Assembly (NCBI GenBank): GCA_036785375.1
Contig: JAWMAR010000231.1
Coordinates: forward strand, 3,534,001-3,598,000
Source of the DNA: Leucoraja ocellata
Lineage: Eukaryota
Length of the DNA: 64,000 bases
Reading direction: 5' to 3'
This document shows, in pieces, positions 57,810-64,000 of the stretch. The number at the start of each line of letters is the position of its first letter. Position 1 is the first letter of the stretch. The position numbers and the translations under genes are program-made. The notes beneath the pieces were generated by a model. It saw nothing but the letters and a program-made list of their open reading frames with translations, ran no database searches and was not told the DNA's origin.

Positions 57810-58984
57810 ATGACTGAGGGACACGGCAGGATCATTACTGCCCATCAGGTCACTGTAGCAAATGGTTGGGTGCCACGAGGGGTCTTAGACTGTCATCACT
57901 GTGAGAATGCTCTCCATATATTGAATGAAATTAAAACAAAACGCTACACCAACCAAGGTAATTGCTCCACTTTGGGGGATCAGGGCCATCTGAGGCCCAG
58001 GAGTAGCTGGCTGATTGTGTGAATCGGGCACCGATAGAGCTCTCACAGGGGTCAGATGAGCACCTAGATTGGATGCGGACTGCAGCAGCATGGAAAGGCG
58101 GTGGAGGACACCGACATCATCACCTGGCCAGGCCGGCCCTCACAACTCCAAATCACTGGCGTTGCCAGACCAACAGGCCTTTAAGGCCTTGATAAGACTC
58201 TACATTTTTAAGAACTTTGAAACTTGAACGATAGACATTGGCGCCAACAGTATTGGTGTGCTGCCCTAGTATAATCTACTATTCTTACACTCTTGTACTT
58301 GGGTATGATCGTGATTATGTATAGTAAGATTTTACTGAATTATATGCAAGACCAAAATACAATTACATGTATACCTGGGTACACGTGACAACACAGTGCC
58401 ATCAACCATTGAACATTGATGCTCACAAGTGTAGGTCCACTCATCTGTCTTTCAGGGCAAATGTGTTTTGGGATATTCTGCTAAGAGATAACAGATAAGT
58501 TTCGCCAGAAGGGCCAGAAGGAATGAGGCTGGGAGTAAGACAGAAAATCAGCAGGGACAAGGAATGGGAGTGGTCCCATTAGACTGAGTGGGAGGACGTG
58601 GAGCAGAGCAGCTGGGAATGGTCGCAGGAGTGACAAAATGGGTGAAACACTGGGAATTACACAACCTCATCAACACAATGCACATACACGTAAACTTACC
58701 TTAATTGCCCGAATAGTTCATCCTGTCAGATAAATTGTCTTTGTTACACCCTCTCTCTCCTACCCTAATATTTGGACCAATCTGTCTTTTGCCTTCGCAG
58801 TTCTAAAAGGTCCCAGATGTGAAACATTGACTGACTTTCATTCCATAGATACTGTCTGGCCTGCAGAGTTTTGCAAGCACTCTCCGTTTTTTTGCCCAAT
58901 GCATCGTCCTGCTGTCCTTTTTGCTGCAAAAGCCACGTTGGCCATGCTGACGTCTGAGAAATGGCAGTAATAGGTGAAATAGGA

Positions 58985-59437
58985 TCATAGAGTGTGAAAC
59001 AGGCCCTTCGGTCCAACTTGCTCACACCAACCAACATGTCCCATCTACACTAGTCATATCTGCCTGCGTCTGGCCAATATCCCCCAAAACCTGTCCTATC
59101 CATGTACCTAATTGTTTCTTAAATGTTGCAATAGTCACTGCCTCAACGACCTCCTCTGGCAGCTCATTCCATACACCCACCACCCTTTGTGTGAAAAAGT
59201 TACCTCTCAGATTTGTATTAAATCTTTCCCCCCTCACCTTAAACCTATGCCCTCTGGTTCTTGATTCCCCTACGCTGGGCAAGAGGCTCTGCGCATCCAC
59301 CCGATCTATTCCTCTCATGAATTTATACACCTCTATAAGTTCACCCCTCATCCTCCTACGCTCCAAGGAATAGAGTCTCAGCCTGCTCAACCTTTCCCTG
59401 TAGCTCAGACCCTCGAGTCCCAGCAACATCCTCGTAA
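58985..59437 (-). mobile_element. HER1-like CR1 3' portion
   Basis: ORF 59022-59429 LSYRERLSRL.LYSLERRRMRGELIEVYK. Confidence 0.9.
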
Positions 59438-60129
59438 TGTCGTGAAGTCCTCACTGGCCAAGGAATACTGCAGAAAAGAGCTGGAAGCAGATGGGAAGGA
59501 GAGCACCTCATCTGGAGTGTTTGCATCAGCTGCTACCTCTTCCCTTGTCTCACCGTCCTGCTGATCCATTCTGCCTCTTCTGGAAACATTCAACCCATTC
59601 TGACATATTTTATACAAATGACATTCTGACAATGCAGAATGAAAAGCTACTATTAAACTACACTGCAGACCAATGAGCCAAATGTGATAAAGGTAATTAA
59701 TGGGTACACACATTAAATGTATTCCATTCATTTCTCACCCGTTGTGCTTTTAATGACAGAATGGTTGTTAACTCTACTACTGCTGTGATGCTTTCCTCTC
59801 AAATTCTAGTAAAATCATAAATCAGTGCATCACATAGAGAGGCCACTAAAACTCCCTTTGAACAAACAATCCCATTCCCGTTCCTCATACACTTCCATTA
59901 TTTTCCCCCTTCAAGTGTTTTGCCAATTCCCTTGTGAAGGCTGCTGTTGAATCTGTATGTGGCAACCTATCATGGAATGAATATTAAATCCAAGCCATTC
60001 ATTTCAAAAAAAGAGATTCTTCTTTTTTGTCAACTCTGGCTCTTTTGCCAACTATTTTAATTCTGCAACTACAAGGCAGAGTAGCCTTTGGTTAATCAAA
60101 GAAAAGGTGCCACATGTAATGCTGCTAAG

Positions 60130-60600
60130 GAAGATGAAAGCCCACGGTATCAAAGGGCAGATACTTGCATGGATATCAGGTTGGCTGGATGGCAGGAGGC
60201 AAAGAGTGACAATAAAGGGGTCTTTTTCTGGTTGGCTGCCAGTGACCAGCGGAATTCTGTAGGGGTCGCTGCTAGGGCCTTCACTGTTGTATATTAATGA
60301 TTTGGATGAGGGGATTGATGGCCAAGTTTGCAGATGATAAGAAAATAGGTGATGGGGCAGGTAGTGTGGAGAAAGCAGGGACTCTGCAGAAGGACTTGGA
60401 CAGTTTGGGAGAGTGGGCAGAAAAGTGGCAGATGGAATATAGTGTAGCAGAGTGTGGAGTCATGCATTTTGGTAGTAGGAATAAAGGCAGATATGGGGAG
60501 AAAGTAGGATAATTAGGTTAGGAGGGAGAGATAGATCAGCCATGATTGAATGGCGGAGTAGAATTGATGGGCCAAATGGCCTAATTGTGCTTATGGACCT
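60130..60600 (+). mobile_element. Internally deleted CR1 (RT fragment joined to 3'UTR)
   Basis: AKFADDKKIG...LQKDLDSLGEWAEKWQMEY. Confidence 0.85.
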
Positions 60601-61749
60601 ATCGAGATCCACACTATCCGTGGCTGACCTGTTGCTAAAGCAAAAATAACCACACATCTGAAATGCTTGTACAATTGCAACATGGAAGAATACCCATAGT
60701 AAATTGTATTACTTACAAAGACAAAAGATCTGTGATAGAATCACAAATGATGGCTTCATAAACGGATACATGCTTTGCATCAAATTGAACTTGAGATCTG
60801 GTAGATTGTGTAAGTAGTGCTCCAAGCTCTCTTGTCAAATTATGAATGAGTGAAGAAATTACGATTTTGAATTTCTCTGCTGCTCGAAGATATGTAAAAT
60901 TAAACTGGAATGTTGAGCAAACTCTGGGAAACTATTATTCTTTAGAAAAATCGCTGGTCATAATTGAACCTGCATCTAGAATATTTCCTTGTGAAATCTG
61001 TTTTTCTTCTTAGCATCTCTAACGATACTCTGATCTTCATCCAGAACATAATTAAGCTCCCTGTAGGTACATTTCTTCCAGGTTCTGGCATAAACAATAC
61101 ATATACCATCTTAACAATACTATTGGACATGATAATCATTCCATTATTAATAAATCTTTGTCAGAAATATTCCAAATGCTCTCACTCTCTCTCTTCGAGT
61201 TTTACCCTTCGTCACTGAGTATGTCTCAGCGTAGGATGATAATAAAAAGGGTGATAATTAAAGAAACACTTCAAGTCCCAGAATAATACATTTCTGCTCT
61301 AATTATCAGCCAAAAGTTGGCTACAGTGTGATGTCGTCAGTCTCAGAATGTGCTGCAGGAGGAAGCAATGGTGTTTATCTAGTGGTGGCAAAATGTTATG
61401 TAACAGACTGGAGTTCTTGCCAATGTAGAATCATATGTTTGGGATAGTTGACAGAGGGTTCTGCAGTTGAGCAGGTTATTTAAATGTTCTATTTTCTGAG
61501 TGAAAAAAAAACCACATTTGAATGTTCTGTGGTATATTAATGACTCTTCTGGAACTGTGCTGTATTCTAAATTTAATCACCTGTGTGCAATGATAACTAT
61601 CTTTCATAACATACAAGGCAATTTAGTTAAAAATAAACAATCTAATCTCCCAGATTAAATTTGCAGGAGGAGATTGGGGATAAAAAACAGAATTGCAGGA
61701 ACAAAACTGGGTTTAATCATTGAGGTATCTTCATCGGCAGTGCTCAGAG

Positions 61750-62045
61750 CTACAGGTATTTGATGACTCATTTCCACCCCAGTTCTGTGGGCTCTGTGGT
61801 GACTAATGAGGTCAATGAGGGGCCAACACATCTTCCACAGAAGGAGCAGAAGGTCCCTCACATGACAGGTGAGTGGGTAGTTTGCAAAGTGGTGCATCCT
61901 TTTTAATAACTTGACCTGGGTTTCTGTCTTCCCAGAGGATGGTTTCAATGCCATCCCAAATGCTCACTCTCCATTTTGATTGATCGTGGGTGTTAGATGC
62001 TCCAGAACTGATGGGAATGATACAAGGAAGCTCCATAAATCATTA
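61750..62045 (-). mobile_element. Ancient RTE-clade LINE 3' fragment
   Basis: DQSKWRVSIWDG (D...WR motif) and a decayed C2H2-like end, IDLISHHRAH. Confidence 0.55.
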
Positions 62046-62319
62046 TCTTTGTTCTGCTTGTAATCTCTTGCCATGACAGATCTCAGAACTGATTTCTATT
62101 TGGGGAGACTGGAGTCACAAATGCAAGTTCCATGGTCCATCAGAGCCAAATAAGTGTAATTAGGGAACACTATTAGTGCTGGGGTTCATCTGGGAGAAGG
62201 CATGGCATTAGTTTATTTTGCAGTGGATTTTGCAGAAAGATTATCATACTAGCTTGTTTGTGCTTTAAGATGCCTGCTGTAAATGGTCAAATATGCAGAA
62301 TTTCACATACCATGAATAT

Positions 62320-62532
62320 TATGGAATTCTCTGCCACAGAGGGCAGTGGAGGCCAAGTCACTGGATGGACTTAAGAGAGAGTTAGATAGAGCTCTAGGGG
62401 CTAGTGGAGTCAAGGGATATGGAGAGAAGGCAGGCATGGGTTATTGATAGGGGACGATCAGCCATGATCACAATGAATGGTGGTGCTGGCTCGAAGGGCC
62501 GAATGGCCTCCTCCTGCACCTATTTTCTATGC
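62320..62532 (+). mobile_element. CR1 3' fragment
   Basis: Near-identical to 7510-7720. Confidence 0.9.
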
Positions 62533-62644
62533 TATATTATGCCACTTGTTCAAGCAGATGTTCAAGTACCCTTTTCCTCTATCGGTCAAACCAATAGATC
62601 TATAGTTAAGTTAATGTAAGTCAAATCCTTTCACATTATAATTA

Positions 62645-62940
62645 GGCTTTAGAATTTGGAGATAGAGAATGGAAATGGACCTTTTGGCCCACCGAGTCTT
62701 TGCCAACCAGCAATCGCCCTGTTCACTAGCGCTATCCTGCACACTATGGATAATTTTTTTACCAAAGCCAATTAACTTACAAACTTGTATGTCTTTGGCG
62801 TGTGGGAGGAAACTGGAGCACCCAGAGAAAACTCACGTGGCCATAAGGGGAACTTACAAACTGTGTACAGATAGCACCCATAGTTATGATTGAATCTGGG
62901 TCCCTGGTGCTGTAAGACAGCAACTCTACCCCTGTGCCAA
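62645..62940 (-). mobile_element. Diverged HE1-type V-SINE
   Basis: Reverse-complement match to the SINE head and V-domain. Confidence 0.8.
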
Positions 62941-62959
62941 CCTTTAATTATTTAATAAT

Positions 62960-63990
62960 GATTAATAGTGATGTCTTGCGGAGACACCACATTACAGAAC
63001 ATGAAGTGTTGGAGGCCTTAAAATGTATAAAAGTAGGTAAATCCCCAGGACCTAATCAAGTGTATCCTAGGATGTTGTGGGGAGATAGGAAAGAAATTGC
63101 AGGGCCCCTGGCAGAGATATTTGTATCATTCATAGCCATGGGTTAGGTGCCAGAAGACTAGTGGGTGGCTAATGTTCCTCTTTTTAAGAGAGGCTGCAAG
63201 GAAAAGACTGGGAACTATAAACCAGTGATCCTAACACCTGTGGAGTGCAAGTTATTGAAGCAGATTCAGAGAGACAGGATCTGCATGCATTTGGAAAGGC
63301 AAGGTGAGGTGTTGCAGTTTGGTAAGACAAACCAGAGAAGGACTTACACCACAAATCATAGGGCACTGGGAAGTGTTGTGGAACAGGGAGCCATGGGAAT
63401 GCAAGCATATAGTTCGAAGAAGGTGGCAACACGGCTGAACAGGATGGTGAAGAAGCCATTTGGCACGGTTGCCTTCATTACTTAGAATATTGAGTACAGT
63501 AGTTGCAACATCATTTTACAGCTGGACAAGATGCTGGCATGGCCACATTTGGAAAATTGTGAAAAGCTCTAGTTGCCGTGCTGTTGGAAGGATGTCATTC
63601 AACTAGAAATTATGCAAAGAAGATTTATGAGGACGTTATCAGATCTAGAAGGTTTGCGTGATAAGGAGAGGTCTTTTTTCCCTAGAATGAAGGAAGCTGA
63701 GGGAGTCACATTATGGTCCATAAAATTTCAAGGGACTTCGATATAAGGTGAATAACCGCAGACTTTTCCCCGAGGGAGGAGAGCCTAAAACTAGAGGGCA
63801 AGTTTAAGGTGAGTGTGGAATTATTAAAAGGGAACCGAGTTAATCTTTGTGATGGGTATATGGAATGAGCTGACAGGGAAGGTGATGAAGGCAGTGACAA
63901 AGACCATTACACCATTTAAAAGAATTTGGACAAGTGCATAACAAGGGAATGTGTGAAGGATTATGAGCTGGGGACCAGCTCGATTAGACA
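62960..63990 (+). mobile_element. Old, internally deleted CR1
   Basis: KSPGPNQVYPRML and ANVPLFKRG..KTGNYKPV, followed by a decayed C-terminus. Confidence 0.8.
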
Positions 63991-64000
63991 AATTGGTTAT

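Noticed and set aside
58690-58900. Perfect minus-strand donor AAG|GTAAGT at ~58699 as an exon end
   Set aside because: The upstream sequence is a decayed Penelope-type relic with no credible coding frame.

Overview
Eukaryotic, AT-rich, repeat-dominated DNA. It is most likely from a cartilaginous fish (skate/ray), judged from HE1-type V-SINEs, HER1/CR1 LINEs with (CTATGTTT)n tails and Penelope-type terminal-repeat relics. I find no convincing host exon, so the window is probably intergenic or intronic. Most ORFs in the track are retrotransposon fragments, their antisense shadows, or tandem-repeat artefacts. The most informative region is about 31.6-43.5 kb. (i) A nearly intact DIRS1-type tyrosine-recombinase retrotransposon (36401-41215, minus strand; gag, RT-RNaseH-methyltransferase, YR; split ITRs plus ICR) sits 12 bp inside the terminus of an older, internally deleted DIRS (36389-42580). 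(ii) A near full-length but disabled Rex1/Babar LINE has a frame-preserving VNTR at its 5' end. (iii) A 193-bp solo LTR carries a 4-bp TSD. (iv) An ~11-kb inversion with a 627-bp inverted duplication can be reconstructed, with one breakpoint inside a palindromic Penelope relic. Penelope relics across the window carry hammerhead-ribozyme-like cores, and splice signals suggest how the DIRS could express its recombinase. I do not see a wholly new biological system. Family names come from motif recall, with no database search, and boundaries of old repeats are approximate.
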